Assembly: GCA_026129525.1 (NCBI GenBank)
Contig: JAHCHW010000006.1
Coordinates: 64,705 to 128,704 of the forward strand
DNA from: Chitinophagales bacterium
Lineage (GTDB): Bacteria; Bacteroidota; Bacteroidia; Chitinophagales; LD1
Direction of reading: 5' to 3'
Length of the DNA stretch: 64,000 nt
In this document: one piece after another, positions 1 through 9,143 of the stretch
Numbering within the stretch: the stretch's first letter is position 1
Layout of the letters: the number at the start of each line of letters is the position of its first letter
The notes under the pieces: model-generated
Told to the model about the DNA's origin: nothing
Databases searched by the model: none
What the model saw: the letters and a program-made list of their open reading frames with translations, nothing else
Made by a program: the position numbers and the translations under genes

Positions 1-216
1 GGCGTTGGTTATATCGGGAATAAAATGGGTGGTGCTGGTTTGCGAGCCGTTGCCAAACAACATTTTCATTTTACAACGGTTGGCACTAACATACCAACTT
101 ACGGTAATGTCGGTTTTGGAAATGCCTACAAACTTTTGGGTAATGATGTAGCCCTTTTCGGCAAATGCAGTTGTAGTTAACACTGCTAATGCAAATACAG
201 TTAATATTCTCTTCAT
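1..216 (-). CDS. hypothetical secreted protein, N-terminal fragment (the rest lies beyond the window edge)
   Basis: My own reverse-strand translation from the ATG at 216-214 gives MKRILTVFALAVLTTTAFAEKGYIITQKFVGISKTDITVSWYV... The frame stays open to position 1 and starts with a signal-peptide-like N-terminus. It is absent from the ORF track because there is no stop codon in the window. Confidence 0.45.
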   Translation of the reverse strand, partial: MKRILTVFALAVLTTTAFAEKGYIITQKFVGISKTDITVSWYVSANRCKMKMLFGNGSQTSTTHFIPDITNA

Positions 217-228
217 ACACTATAAATT

Positions 229-1707
229 TTATGGACCTACAATACCTTTTACTTGTGCACTGTTATAGTTTCCATCCGCCAATCCGAACATAGGTTTGTT
301 GTTGCGTTTTATTGCCCAGCCCGGAGCACCGCTACCTGGTCCGTAAAACGGCAATAACCCACCGGGTATGGGAATTGGGATACACACATTTCCTACAATA
401 GGAACAGCCACACAAACTTCGAGTTGCACATCAATAAAGCCGGCAGTTCCGTACTGCCCAAAACCGCCTCCGTTACCACCGTTAATGGTGGGAGTAATAT
501 TTATGCTGATTGTAACTCCCGAAATATTGAATGGAATAGAAACAGGATAATTAGCGGTATGTCCCGCACCGGGAATAGATGTTACACAACAAGTAGCACT
601 GTCGCCCGGCTCAATCAAACCAATGAGCAAGCCGGTACCCTGTGCCACTCCTCCGCCTTGCCCCAACTCCGAGCCACCACCTCCGGCAAATCCGAACCCG
701 ATAACTATTGAGCCAATAAGCGGAAGACTGGGTGTGCCGATAGCTAAGCCAACTGACCCCCCACCGCTGCCTCCACCGTAAATTGCTCCGGTGTTTATTA
801 AGTAAGTTCGAGTAGTAAGGTTCATGGCATTGCCTCCGGGTTCGCCCGGTTGCCCGCCTACCACAATCAAATTGCCGTTAAACGTAAACGAACCGCCATC
901 GCCTCCTCTTCCTAAAATATCGCCATCGTTTACAATACAAACCACCGAATTAGGATCAAGATTTCCGGTGGTGTAAGCAGGAGTAGTTGTATTGGCAGAA
1001 CGAATAGTTACTGCATTGCTCACATTAAACAGAATAAACTGTGCGGGGCTTGTAGGCAGGTTGTTCATAGCTTGCAAATCGTAATTGTATTGGTCAACAG
1101 GTAAGTTGATTTGCAAAGGCGGGCGGATGTAGATATTATACACCTGATACCTAATCTTATCATCACAAAAAGCCTGAATAATGATGGGGTAGTTGCCTCC
1201 CACCGGAGCGCACATATCTACCTTCACAACAATATCCAAGGTTCCGGCTGAATCAATGGTGGTGTTTCCGTTAAAATGTACTGAAACACCTTGAGGTAAA
1301 CTAGCGAGGTAAATAACATTGATGTCCTGATTGCCATGTAACTGCGTTACGGTAATGGTCGAAAATGCTGAATCGGAAATTACACGGTCAATGGTATCGG
1401 TAGGGTCGTCAATAGTCATTACAAAATCGCACTCGTTGCAATGGCGTTCGTAAACTTTCAGCCAGCACTCTCCGTTCCAGTATTCAATTACGCTGTCCTG
1501 CGTATTGAAAATGGTTAAGCCTTTAAGGGGATTGGCAATGGCATCGCGCTGGGCAGAGGTAAGGCGGGTAAGCCCCAATCCTTTTTTATCCGATTCAAGT
1601 TGCAAAACTGCGCTGCTGTCGGGAATAAGAATGTTGATGCCCACTTGTGCATTGGAGTCAAGCACCAGCAATACAAAAAGCAGAAAAGCAAAAGAAAATT
1701 TATTCAT
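229..1707 (-). CDS. secreted glycine-rich protein of unknown function
   Basis: 492-aa ORF. Signal peptide MNKFSFAFLLFVLLVLDSNAQ. N-terminal module VGINILIPDSSAVLQLESDKKGLGLTRLTSAQRDAIANPLKGLTIFNT. The C-terminal half is very Gly-rich (GGGSGGGS, AGGGGSELGQGGG, NGGNGGGFG). No T9SS tail is recognisable. Confidence 0.8.
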   Translation of the reverse strand: MNKFSFAFLLFVLLVLDSNAQVGINILIPDSSAVLQLESDKKGLGLTRLTSAQRDAIANPLKGLTIFNTQDSVIEYWNGECWLKVYERHCNECDFVMTIDDPTDTIDRVISDSAFSTITVTQLHGNQDINVIYLASLPQGVSVHFNGNTTIDSAGTLDIVVKVDMCAPVGGNYPIIIQAFCDDKIRYQVYNIYIRPPLQINLPVDQYNYDLQAMNNLPTSPAQFILFNVSNAVTIRSANTTTPAYTTGNLDPNSVVCIVNDGDILGRGGDGGSFTFNGNLIVVGGQPGEPGGNAMNLTTRTYLINTGAIYGGGSGGGSVGLAIGTPSLPLIGSIVIGFGFAGGGGSELGQGGGVAQGTGLLIGLIEPGDSATCCVTSIPGAGHTANYPVSIPFNISGVTISINITPTINGGNGGGFGQYGTAGFIDVQLEVCVAVPIVGNVCIPIPIPGGLLPFYGPGSGAPGWAIKRNNKPMFGLADGNYNSAQVKGIVGP

Positions 1708-1746
1708 GCCGCAGCAGTAGTTTCAAAGGTTCCAAAAATAGAATTT

Positions 1747-2229
1747 TCAGAGTACAACACCGTCAGGATTTTCAATAACTGCTTTTTCATCGGGGGAGAG
1801 TTCCAGTTCATAAACAAGTTTTTCGGGAGTTGGTCGAACCACTATGAACAACAGCACAAAAACAACTGTAATAACCGTAAAAAGGTTATTGCCGGTTAAC
1901 TGATACGCTATCAATGAAAATAAAGAAGCGCCTTCCCAAAGAGCAAATCGAGTAATCATTGTTAAGCGGTAACCGGTTAGTTTTTCGGATAGTGAAGAAA
2001 CCGTTTTGAGTGCAGTTAGTTTTGTGCGATAAATAAACGAACCGGTTGAAAAGGAGAGCAGCGCCACCGCGGGCACAAAATACATTAACACGGTTGCAAA
2101 AGTTTTATCAGCCTGTTCGGGCATTAGGCTGGTATGTAAGTACACCAGTACCATCAAAAAAATTACCTGCCCCATTGTAAGGGCAAAGTGCAATAAAGCG
2201 AGTGACTTAAAATAAGCTTTCGAGGTCAT
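1747..2229 (-). CDS. hypothetical polytopic membrane protein
   Basis: 160-aa ORF with about four hydrophobic segments, lying immediately downstream of crcB on the same strand. Confidence 0.65.
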   Translation of the reverse strand: MTSKAYFKSLALLHFALTMGQVIFLMVLVYLHTSLMPEQADKTFATVLMYFVPAVALLSFSTGSFIYRTKLTALKTVSSLSEKLTGYRLTMITRFALWEGASLFSLIAYQLTGNNLFTVITVVFVLLFIVVRPTPEKLVYELELSPDEKAVIENPDGVVL

Positions 2230-2235
2230 ACAGAA

Positions 2236-2601
2236 TTACTTAAACAACAACATGCCTCCGAAAGTGGCAAGCAAGCCGAGCAGTATACTGGCAACAATGT
2301 AGGTAAGTGCGTAAACATGTTGCCCATCGCGCAGCAGCGAAATGGTTTCTAACCCGAAAGCGGAAAAAGTGGTAAAGCCTCCGCAAACGCCTGTCATAAT
2401 AAACAAGCGCCACTCGGCAGATATGTGTGTTTTTTCGCCTAAACCGAATACCGAACCAATCACCAAACAACCGATAATGTTTACCACCAGCGTTCCAACG
2501 GGAAAAGGCTGCGAAATTTTTGATTGCAATAACTGCGATAACAGAAAACGGGCAACACCTCCTATAAAACTTCCGGTGCCTACTAACAAAATAAGTTGCA
2601 T
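2236..2601 (-). CDS. crcB: fluoride ion channel CrcB/FluC
   Basis: 121 aa with four TM segments. Family-typical motifs GSFIGGVARF and CGGFTTFSAF. Confidence 0.9.
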   Translation of the reverse strand: MQLILLVGTGSFIGGVARFLLSQLLQSKISQPFPVGTLVVNIIGCLVIGSVFGLGEKTHISAEWRLFIMTGVCGGFTTFSAFGLETISLLRDGQHVYALTYIVASILLGLLATFGGMLLFK

Positions 2602-2700
2602 GGCACCAAACGTAGCATTTTTTGAAGTGAGGACGAAAGGATTTTACACACGCCTATTTTATTCTTTGTGCTTACTGCATCTGTTTTACTTTTACCACCC

Positions 2701-4122
2701 ATGCGGAACGCACTTGCATTGTTTTTTCTGTTTGCACATTTGCACCTGTTTGCACAAAATGCGTTTTGGAGTAACAACGGTTTGGTATCGGTAAAAGATG
2801 GCGCATATCTTTCCGTAGTGGGCGATGCATACAATCAGAACAACGGCATTTACAACAACACCGATAGTATTTTTGTAACGGGCAACTGGACACACAACGC
2901 CCCTAATCGTTGTTTCGACTCGATTGGCACAGGCTGGGTGTTTTTATGGGCAGCCGACCAGCACATTAAAGGAAACAGCGAAACGCATTTTCATCACCTT
3001 ACTTTAAAAAATCAGGGAGTAAAGTATGGCGATTTGGATGTGTATGTAGATGGCACGCTCAACCTCACCGACCGCGAATTGAGCATGGATAATAATACGG
3101 TGTGGTGTTTGAACCCATCTTCGGTAACTGCGGTTGAACGAACCAGCGGTTACGTTTCGAGCTTACAGGACGGAGGTTTGCTTCGCAGAACCAATTCAAC
3201 CGATGCATACTTGTTTCCTGTTGGTTCTAACCTGGGTGTTTTTCGTTACCGCCCGGTAGAGTTTCAGCCAAAAGCAAACAACGAAAATCATTACAAAGCC
3301 CGCTTTGCCAATGTTGACCCCACTATGGAAGGATTTGACCGCAATGACCGCTTTCATTTAGTATGCGAAATAAATCCCGACTGGTATCATCGGCTTTATC
3401 ACATAACCGGAAACGATTCTGCCGACATCACCATCTTTTACAACACCCTTGATGATGGAAACCAATGGAACGACATTGTGCACTGGCAGGTGGTTCCCGA
3501 ATGGCAGAGCATTAAACGCGATACGATTGTTGCAGGTAATCCGTTTAACCGCATCTCAAAATTTACATGGGATAATTACGTGTATTCGCCTTTTGCGTTG
3601 GCACTTACCACCGAATCGTATGCCGTTGCCGGAGTAGATACCATGATTTGGCGAACCGATACCATTCAACTGAATGCCTTTGGCGGATTGCATTATGAAT
3701 GGACTCCCGACTACAACATGGATTGCAACGATTGTCAAACGCCACAGGTTTGGCCCGATACCACTACTACTTATTACCTTACTGTTGCTGATGGCAGAGG
3801 TTGTTACGATTACGACAGCGTAGTAGTGTTTGTGCGAAACAAACCGCTTACCATGTTCTTTATTCCGAATACAATTACACCTAATGGCGATGGCTATAAC
3901 GACCGCTGGTACATTCGCGATTTGGAGCGTTACCCCGACAACGAAGTCCGCATTATTAACCGCTGGGGCGATGAAATTTTCTTTCAGAAACCGTACGAAA
4001 ATAACTGGGAAGGAACATGGAAAGGGGAGCGATTGCCCGGGGCAACCTATTACTACATCATCAAAATAAAATACAATGGCGATGTGTACGATTTTAACGG
4101 ACCATTAACTGTAGTGCGCTGA
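2701..4122 (+). CDS. T9SS type-B sorting domain (gliding-motility-associated C-terminal domain) cargo protein
   Basis: The C-terminus IPNTITPNGDGYNDRWYIRDLERYPDNEVRIINRWGDEIF...GATYYYIIKI matches the CHU_C / type-B T9SS domain. I moved the start to the ATG at 2701, which gives the signal peptide MRNALALFFLFAHLHLFAQ. Confidence 0.85.
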   Translation: MRNALALFFLFAHLHLFAQNAFWSNNGLVSVKDGAYLSVVGDAYNQNNGIYNNTDSIFVTGNWTHNAPNRCFDSIGTGWVFLWAADQHIKGNSETHFHHLTLKNQGVKYGDLDVYVDGTLNLTDRELSMDNNTVWCLNPSSVTAVERTSGYVSSLQDGGLLRRTNSTDAYLFPVGSNLGVFRYRPVEFQPKANNENHYKARFANVDPTMEGFDRNDRFHLVCEINPDWYHRLYHITGNDSADITIFYNTLDDGNQWNDIVHWQVVPEWQSIKRDTIVAGNPFNRISKFTWDNYVYSPFALALTTESYAVAGVDTMIWRTDTIQLNAFGGLHYEWTPDYNMDCNDCQTPQVWPDTTTTYYLTVADGRGCYDYDSVVVFVRNKPLTMFFIPNTITPNGDGYNDRWYIRDLERYPDNEVRIINRWGDEIFFQKPYENNWEGTWKGERLPGATYYYIIKIKYNGDVYDFNGPLTVVR

Positions 4123-5087
4123 TGAAAAAAAATGCTGTTTGGTTTTTGTTGTTCACGTGTTTGCTTGCTGAAGCACAGCAGGTGGAATCGTTTTCTCTGT
4201 TGCGCGAAAATGCGTTTACGCTAAACCCTGCGTTAGCAGGTATGCAAGGCTGGCTGCACGGAACCATAACCGGTAGAAAACAGTTTACCAAAATTGAGGG
4301 AGCGCCCTACACCGCTATGCTTGCCATGAACGGACAGATTGAAGGAAAGAATGTGGGCTTAGGCGGCTACCTGATACATGATGTTACCGGACCAACAAGC
4401 AAATCGGCTGTTACTTTATCTGCCGCATATAACATTCAACTGTATAAAACGCGTGCTGCTAAATATTCCTCTAAGCGCAGCGACCATTTGCTGAGTGTTG
4501 GGCTTGCCATTAGCGTAGTCCAATATCGCTTGCGTGGCGACCAACTTTTGGTAAACGATGCCAACGACCCCGACCTTTATACTACACGCGGCTTTAAAAT
4601 TTATCCCGATTTATCGCTCGGTGTTTACTATAAGTACAAAGAGAATTTTTACGCAGGCTTTTCGGTACCGCAGTTGATGGGTTTAAATATTGATTATGCC
4701 GGCAGCGATGGCATTGCGCGCATTAAAAAGATACAGCACCTCTATTTTTTGATTGGTGGAAAAATTGAATGGGCGCGCGGCAATTTCAGTGTTGACCCAG
4801 TTGCAGCTTTCCGTTGGGTAAAGGGCGCACCTTTTCAAGGCGATGCCGGTTTGCGTTTTGTAATGTATAAAGTGTTTTGGCTGGGAGCGGTTTACCGCAG
4901 CAGAAACTACATGGTGTTCGATGCAGGGTTTAACATCAAAGATAAATTCAGCCTTTCGTATGCTTACGATTTGAACCTTGCCAAATACAGGCGCGATGTG
5001 GGTTCAACACACGAAGTTTCGCTTTCGTTTACCGTATCGCGGGCGCAGCGGGTTTGGCGCGGCAAAGGTCCGGCATTGCGTTTTTGA
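4122..5087 (+). CDS. PorP/SprF family type IX secretion system membrane protein
   Basis: 321 aa with a signal peptide. The N-terminal signature LNPALAG...FTKIEGAPYTAMLAMNG...GLGGYLIHDVTGP is typical of PorP/SprF. The start overlaps the upstream stop (TGATG). Confidence 0.85.
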   Translation: MKKNAVWFLLFTCLLAEAQQVESFSLLRENAFTLNPALAGMQGWLHGTITGRKQFTKIEGAPYTAMLAMNGQIEGKNVGLGGYLIHDVTGPTSKSAVTLSAAYNIQLYKTRAAKYSSKRSDHLLSVGLAISVVQYRLRGDQLLVNDANDPDLYTTRGFKIYPDLSLGVYYKYKENFYAGFSVPQLMGLNIDYAGSDGIARIKKIQHLYFLIGGKIEWARGNFSVDPVAAFRWVKGAPFQGDAGLRFVMYKVFWLGAVYRSRNYMVFDAGFNIKDKFSLSYAYDLNLAKYRRDVGSTHEVSLSFTVSRAQRVWRGKGPALRF

Positions 5088-5091
5088 TTTT

Positions 5092-5814
5092 TTACTTCTG
5101 TATGCCGCTTAGCCGCGAGTACTTCTTGTAGTTATCAATCACCGTTTTAGTGATTTCGTAGTCGCTGCTGTATTTCAAGAACTCCAAAGGCAAATTGCAG
5201 AAGTCAATAAAATCATCGTAATAGGCTTCGGGCAGGTCAATCAGTTCGTTTTCGTTGTAGTAGTGCAATAACTCTTTAAAAATTCTTCTGCGGTCGTCTT
5301 CTTTAATCTGCTTTTTGAGTTTCTCGCGCTCTTGTGCACGGCTGCTCAGTATTTCGTAAAGCGCACTGATAGGACTGGTGAACGGTTGGATGATAGGGCG
5401 GTCTAATTCTTTTGGTGTTAATCCCAATCTTTTACGCTCATCTTCTATTTGCTCCAACGTTTTGGGTGCTTTAATAATTACCGCCTGATTTAGTCCGGTT
5501 GTAAGCGGCTCAATAGAGATGTTCAGCGAATACTCGGCACGTGCTACAGTATCGGTAATCATAAACTTAGTAGTACGGTAACCCGGGTAAAAAAGAAAAA
5601 GCGTATCGGTTTTATTGATTTTAAGATTTGCCAAACCGTTGGCATCGGTAGCATTTGTAGCGCTCGAATTGGGATTTATAATACTTACCCCCGAAAGCGC
5701 TTTCTGCGTGTAACTATCGAACACATACAGTTTTAGCGTTACGGTATCTCGTTGTGCGTTAGTTTTTGTTACACACAAAAGCAACAATAAAATAGCCGTT
5801 AAACGAAAGGTCAT
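5092..5814 (-). CDS. secreted protein with a CarboxypepD_reg-like N-terminal domain
   Basis: Signal peptide, then TLKLYVFDSYTQKALSGVSIINPNSSATNATDANGLANLKI (carboxypeptidase-regulatory-like beta sandwich). The C-terminus is helical. Confidence 0.6.
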   Translation of the reverse strand: MTFRLTAILLLLLCVTKTNAQRDTVTLKLYVFDSYTQKALSGVSIINPNSSATNATDANGLANLKINKTDTLFLFYPGYRTTKFMITDTVARAEYSLNISIEPLTTGLNQAVIIKAPKTLEQIEDERKRLGLTPKELDRPIIQPFTSPISALYEILSSRAQEREKLKKQIKEDDRRRIFKELLHYYNENELIDLPEAYYDDFIDFCNLPLEFLKYSSDYEITKTVIDNYKKYSRLSGIQK

Positions 5815-6037
5815 ACAGTAACAGTGGCGAATGATAACGTGTTTTTGTGAGCGTTTGTATGTTAAGGGTAATTGTTTGCAAAAATTTTGTGCCTCAATAC
5901 TTTTAGCCCTTCTGAAATTCTACTCAAAAGGTGCTTTGCAACTTACAGCAGTAAGCGGCAAGGGCAAAATGAAATTTGTTACATTTACTAACAACAGCGA
6001 GGGCTCAGCCTCATTTTATTCACCAAAACCATTTGTT

Positions 6038-7186
6038 ATGAAAAGCATTTACTTTCTATTAGTCGGAACCATCCTGCTATCAACTATGACAGGGTGCAAA
6101 AAAATTTTAGGAAAAAAGTCGAATTCCAAAGTATTTAAAGCCGATTTATTTAAACTCAACTTACAGGCACAATTGAACGGTGCCGTTGGCTATGCCATAG
6201 TAATAAACCAAAACGGCAGTTTGGCGGACAGCGCTTCATTTGGCATTGCACAACAAAATGCTTCAAGCGGTACCAATATACCTGCTTCGGTATATGCCGA
6301 CATTAACATTGCCAGTGTTACCAAAGCACTTACGGGGATGGCGGTTATTAAACTGTTGGAACAAAACAGCGTGCCGCTCAATAGCAGTATAGCTCCCTGG
6401 CTGCCTTCTGTGTGGACGGTGAGTGGAGCAGTAAGCAATATCACTTTTCACGAGTTGCTTACACATACATCAGGTATTAGGCAAAGTATTACTTCGTGGG
6501 ATTCTTTACGGTCGGTGGCAGCACGACCGTTGGCGGGCACCAAAACCTATTCGTACGCTAATGCCAATTTTGCTCTTTTCAGGGCTATTATTCCCAAACT
6601 ATACAAAACCAATTTATTCAACAATATGGAAACGGTAGGCCCCGGTTTTGAAACATGGATGGATAACCAATACATAACTGCTATGCAAGAGTTAGTGTTC
6701 AGCCCGGCACAAATAGCTAATGCTATATGCAATGTAGATCCGATGAAAACTACCATGATGGCTTTTAATGAAGTAGGAACACCACTCATACAACGAAACA
6801 CCGGTGACTGGACAGCGATTAGCGGAGGCGGAGGCTATTATCTTTCTACTTTTGAAATGGCAAAGGCAATGGCATATCTGGCGCACACCGGCAACATACT
6901 TAGCACAGCCCAAAAGAAAACAATGGACGACAACCTGTACGGTTGGGACCCCGAAGATGCGTTCAACACCGATTACGGAAGAGCGTATGGCAAGGATGGA
7001 GCCTTGTTTTGGGACAACAACAACAGCGGTGGCGTAGATGCAGGCGATTCGGGATTGCAAACCTGGGTAGGCAAGTTTCCGGGAGGTATTGAGTTGGCAC
7101 TTTCGGTAAACTCGCTGGGTAGCAGTTGGCGGAATTTACCGTTTATTGTACGCGTGGCTTACGAGAATGCCTGGGTGCAACCGTAG
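6038..7186 (+). CDS. beta-lactamase-family serine hydrolase lipoprotein
   Basis: SxxK motif in ASVTKALTG. I moved the start to the ATG at 6038, giving MKSIYFLLVGTILLSTMTGC (lipobox). The longer track ORF (5831) has a non-native-looking N-terminus. Confidence 0.8.
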   Translation: MKSIYFLLVGTILLSTMTGCKKILGKKSNSKVFKADLFKLNLQAQLNGAVGYAIVINQNGSLADSASFGIAQQNASSGTNIPASVYADINIASVTKALTGMAVIKLLEQNSVPLNSSIAPWLPSVWTVSGAVSNITFHELLTHTSGIRQSITSWDSLRSVAARPLAGTKTYSYANANFALFRAIIPKLYKTNLFNNMETVGPGFETWMDNQYITAMQELVFSPAQIANAICNVDPMKTTMMAFNEVGTPLIQRNTGDWTAISGGGGYYLSTFEMAKAMAYLAHTGNILSTAQKKTMDDNLYGWDPEDAFNTDYGRAYGKDGALFWDNNNSGGVDAGDSGLQTWVGKFPGGIELALSVNSLGSSWRNLPFIVRVAYENAWVQP

Positions 7187-7223
7187 TTTGTTAGCCTCAG
7201 GATGTTTTAAAACTTTCGAAGGC

Positions 7224-8999
7224 TTACATCCGCTCCGGCACATCAATACCCAACAACTTCATTGCTTTCTTTATTACAATACCGGTTTGATTTGAAAGCG
7301 CTACACGGAAGTTTTTCAGTTGTTCAGTTTCGGCATTCAGAATGGAAAGGTCGTGATAGAACTTGTTGTAAAGTTTGGCAAGGTTGTACACATAGTTTGC
7401 CACTTCGCTGGGGTCGTATTTTTCGGCAGCAGCTTTTACTACGTTTTCGTATTCGCTTAGTTGAATGATGAGTTCGCGTTCTACTTCGTGTAACCCCGAA
7501 AGGGTTTCAAACCCTGTCGGGGTTACTCCGGCTTTGCGGATAACCGCCCGTATCCGCGCATGTGTGTATTGAATAAACGGACCGGTATGCCCGTGGAAGT
7601 CAATACTCTCCTCGGGGTTAAAGATTATTTTCTTGTATGGATTAACGCGCAGCACAAAATATTTTAAAGCACCCAAGCCGATAGTGCGGTAAAGTTCCTT
7701 TGCCTGCTCATCGGTAAAGCCTTCAATTTTTCCAAGTTCTTTGGTGCGCTCTTCGGCAATGCGTAGTACTTCGGCAATCAAATCATCGGCATCGGCAGTT
7801 TTTCCTTCGCGGCTTTTAAAACGCCCGGTGGGCGATTCAACAAGTGCATAACTCAAATGGTAAATGCCATCTGCCCATTGCTTACCGAGTTTTTGCAAAG
7901 CGAGTTTCAAAACTTTGAAGTGGTAATCCTGCTCATTCGCCACCACGTAAATCATCTTCTCCATGCCAAACTCTTTGTGGCGAAGTTCGGCAGTGCCTAA
8001 GTCCTGTGTAATATAAATGGAGGTACCATCGCTGCGGAGCAACACTTTTTCATCTAAGCCATCGGGTGTTAAGTCCACTATCACCGCGCCATCGGCCCGC
8101 TTTTTGAAAACATTTTTCCTAAGACCTTCTTCAATAATATCCTTACCCAGTTTGTATGTTTCGCTTTCGTAGTAATCTTTTTGAAAATCTATGCCCAGCA
8201 CTTTGAAAGTTTCGTGAAAACCTTCGTACACCCAACCGTTCATTTGCTTCCAAAGGGCAATGGTTTCCGGGTCATCGGCTTCCCACTTCAACACCATTTC
8301 CTGCGCTTCTTTAAAAATGGGAGTCAGTTTAGCAGCCTCGTCTTTATCGTCCGGTTTATTCGGAATGTTCTCCAATTCCTGTTTTACAACTTCACCAAAC
8401 TTTACGTACCAATCGCCCACAAAATGGTCGCCTTTAACTCCGGTTGATTGAGGGGTGGAATTATTACCATAGCGCTTATACGCTACCATACTTTTGCTGA
8501 TGTTAATGCCGCGGTCGTTGTAAATATTCACCTTGGTTACATCTTCGCCTGTCGCTTTCAGTATTTCTCCCATCGAAAAACCCAACAGCATATTGCGAAC
8601 ATGCCCTATGTGGAGCGGTTTGTTGGTATTAGGCCCGCAATATTCCAGCACTACTTTTTTGTGGTTGGCGGGAAATGTGCCGTAAGTTACATTGGCAGAA
8701 ATTTCCTTCAATCTGTTCAGCCAGTAATCATCGGTAAGCGATAAGTTCAGGAAACCTTTAATTACATTGAACTTGCCGACTATACCTGTTTTCTCTTTCA
8801 GTTTATTGCCTAACAACTCCGCTGTTTGTTCAGGTGATTTTTTCGAAATTTTTGTAAGGGAGAAAACTACAATGGTGTAATCGCCTTCGTGTTCTTTCTT
8901 TGTAATGTTGATGGTAACTAGTTGTGGTGAAAGATCAACTCCGTATTCCTCTTTGAAAATATCTACTACCCCTTGCTTTAATACTTCTTCCAGTATCAT
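7224..8999 (-). CDS. argS: arginine--tRNA ligase
   Basis: 591 aa. HIGH motif in PNTNKPLHIGHVRN, class-I ArgRS architecture, C-terminal DALR-type anticodon-binding region. Confidence 0.95.
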   Translation of the reverse strand: MILEEVLKQGVVDIFKEEYGVDLSPQLVTINITKKEHEGDYTIVVFSLTKISKKSPEQTAELLGNKLKEKTGIVGKFNVIKGFLNLSLTDDYWLNRLKEISANVTYGTFPANHKKVVLEYCGPNTNKPLHIGHVRNMLLGFSMGEILKATGEDVTKVNIYNDRGINISKSMVAYKRYGNNSTPQSTGVKGDHFVGDWYVKFGEVVKQELENIPNKPDDKDEAAKLTPIFKEAQEMVLKWEADDPETIALWKQMNGWVYEGFHETFKVLGIDFQKDYYESETYKLGKDIIEEGLRKNVFKKRADGAVIVDLTPDGLDEKVLLRSDGTSIYITQDLGTAELRHKEFGMEKMIYVVANEQDYHFKVLKLALQKLGKQWADGIYHLSYALVESPTGRFKSREGKTADADDLIAEVLRIAEERTKELGKIEGFTDEQAKELYRTIGLGALKYFVLRVNPYKKIIFNPEESIDFHGHTGPFIQYTHARIRAVIRKAGVTPTGFETLSGLHEVERELIIQLSEYENVVKAAAEKYDPSEVANYVYNLAKLYNKFYHDLSILNAETEQLKNFRVALSNQTGIVIKKAMKLLGIDVPERM

Positions 9000-9013
9000 C
9001 TCTAAAAATTAAA

Positions 9014-9082
9014 ACCACAAAAGCACATAGAAAATATAGAATACAGAATAGCATCTCTATGTTTTCTATGTATCTATGTGGT
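9014..9082. repeat. long imperfect hairpin repeat, copy 1 (ACCACA...CACATAGAA / TTCTATG...TCTATGTGGT)
   Basis: Hand pairing: outer stem of 6 bp (9014-9019 with 9077-9082), inner stem of about 16 bp (9025-9040 with 9056-9071), 15-nt loop. It shares its termini and the ACATAGAA/TTCTATGT words with the element at 17980-18044. Confidence 0.7.
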
Positions 9083-9143
9083 AAGTTTTTTGATTCCTAT
9101 ATCGGGGCTAAAAATATACTTTCGCACACAATTTTTACGGAGC

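Noticed and set aside
368-711. Plus-strand ORFs of 60 and 95 aa inside the Gly-rich protein gene.
   Set aside because: They are reverse-frame products of GGN-rich codons (Pro/Thr-rich) with no independent support.
2602-2700. Possible fluoride (crcB-motif) riboswitch upstream of crcB.
   Set aside because: I read the minus-strand leader and saw none of the conserved GATGG / AACCGCC / CTGATGAT elements. The spacer is also largely taken up by the divergent gene start region.
5950-5963. The 14-mer AGTAAGCGGYAAGG is shared between spacers at 5950-5963 and 44065-44078, with a related CAGTAAGC at 44485-44492.
   Set aside because: Some 13-14-nt matches are expected by chance in 64 kb, and only two copies are seen. 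Both copies being intergenic is mildly suggestive but insufficient.
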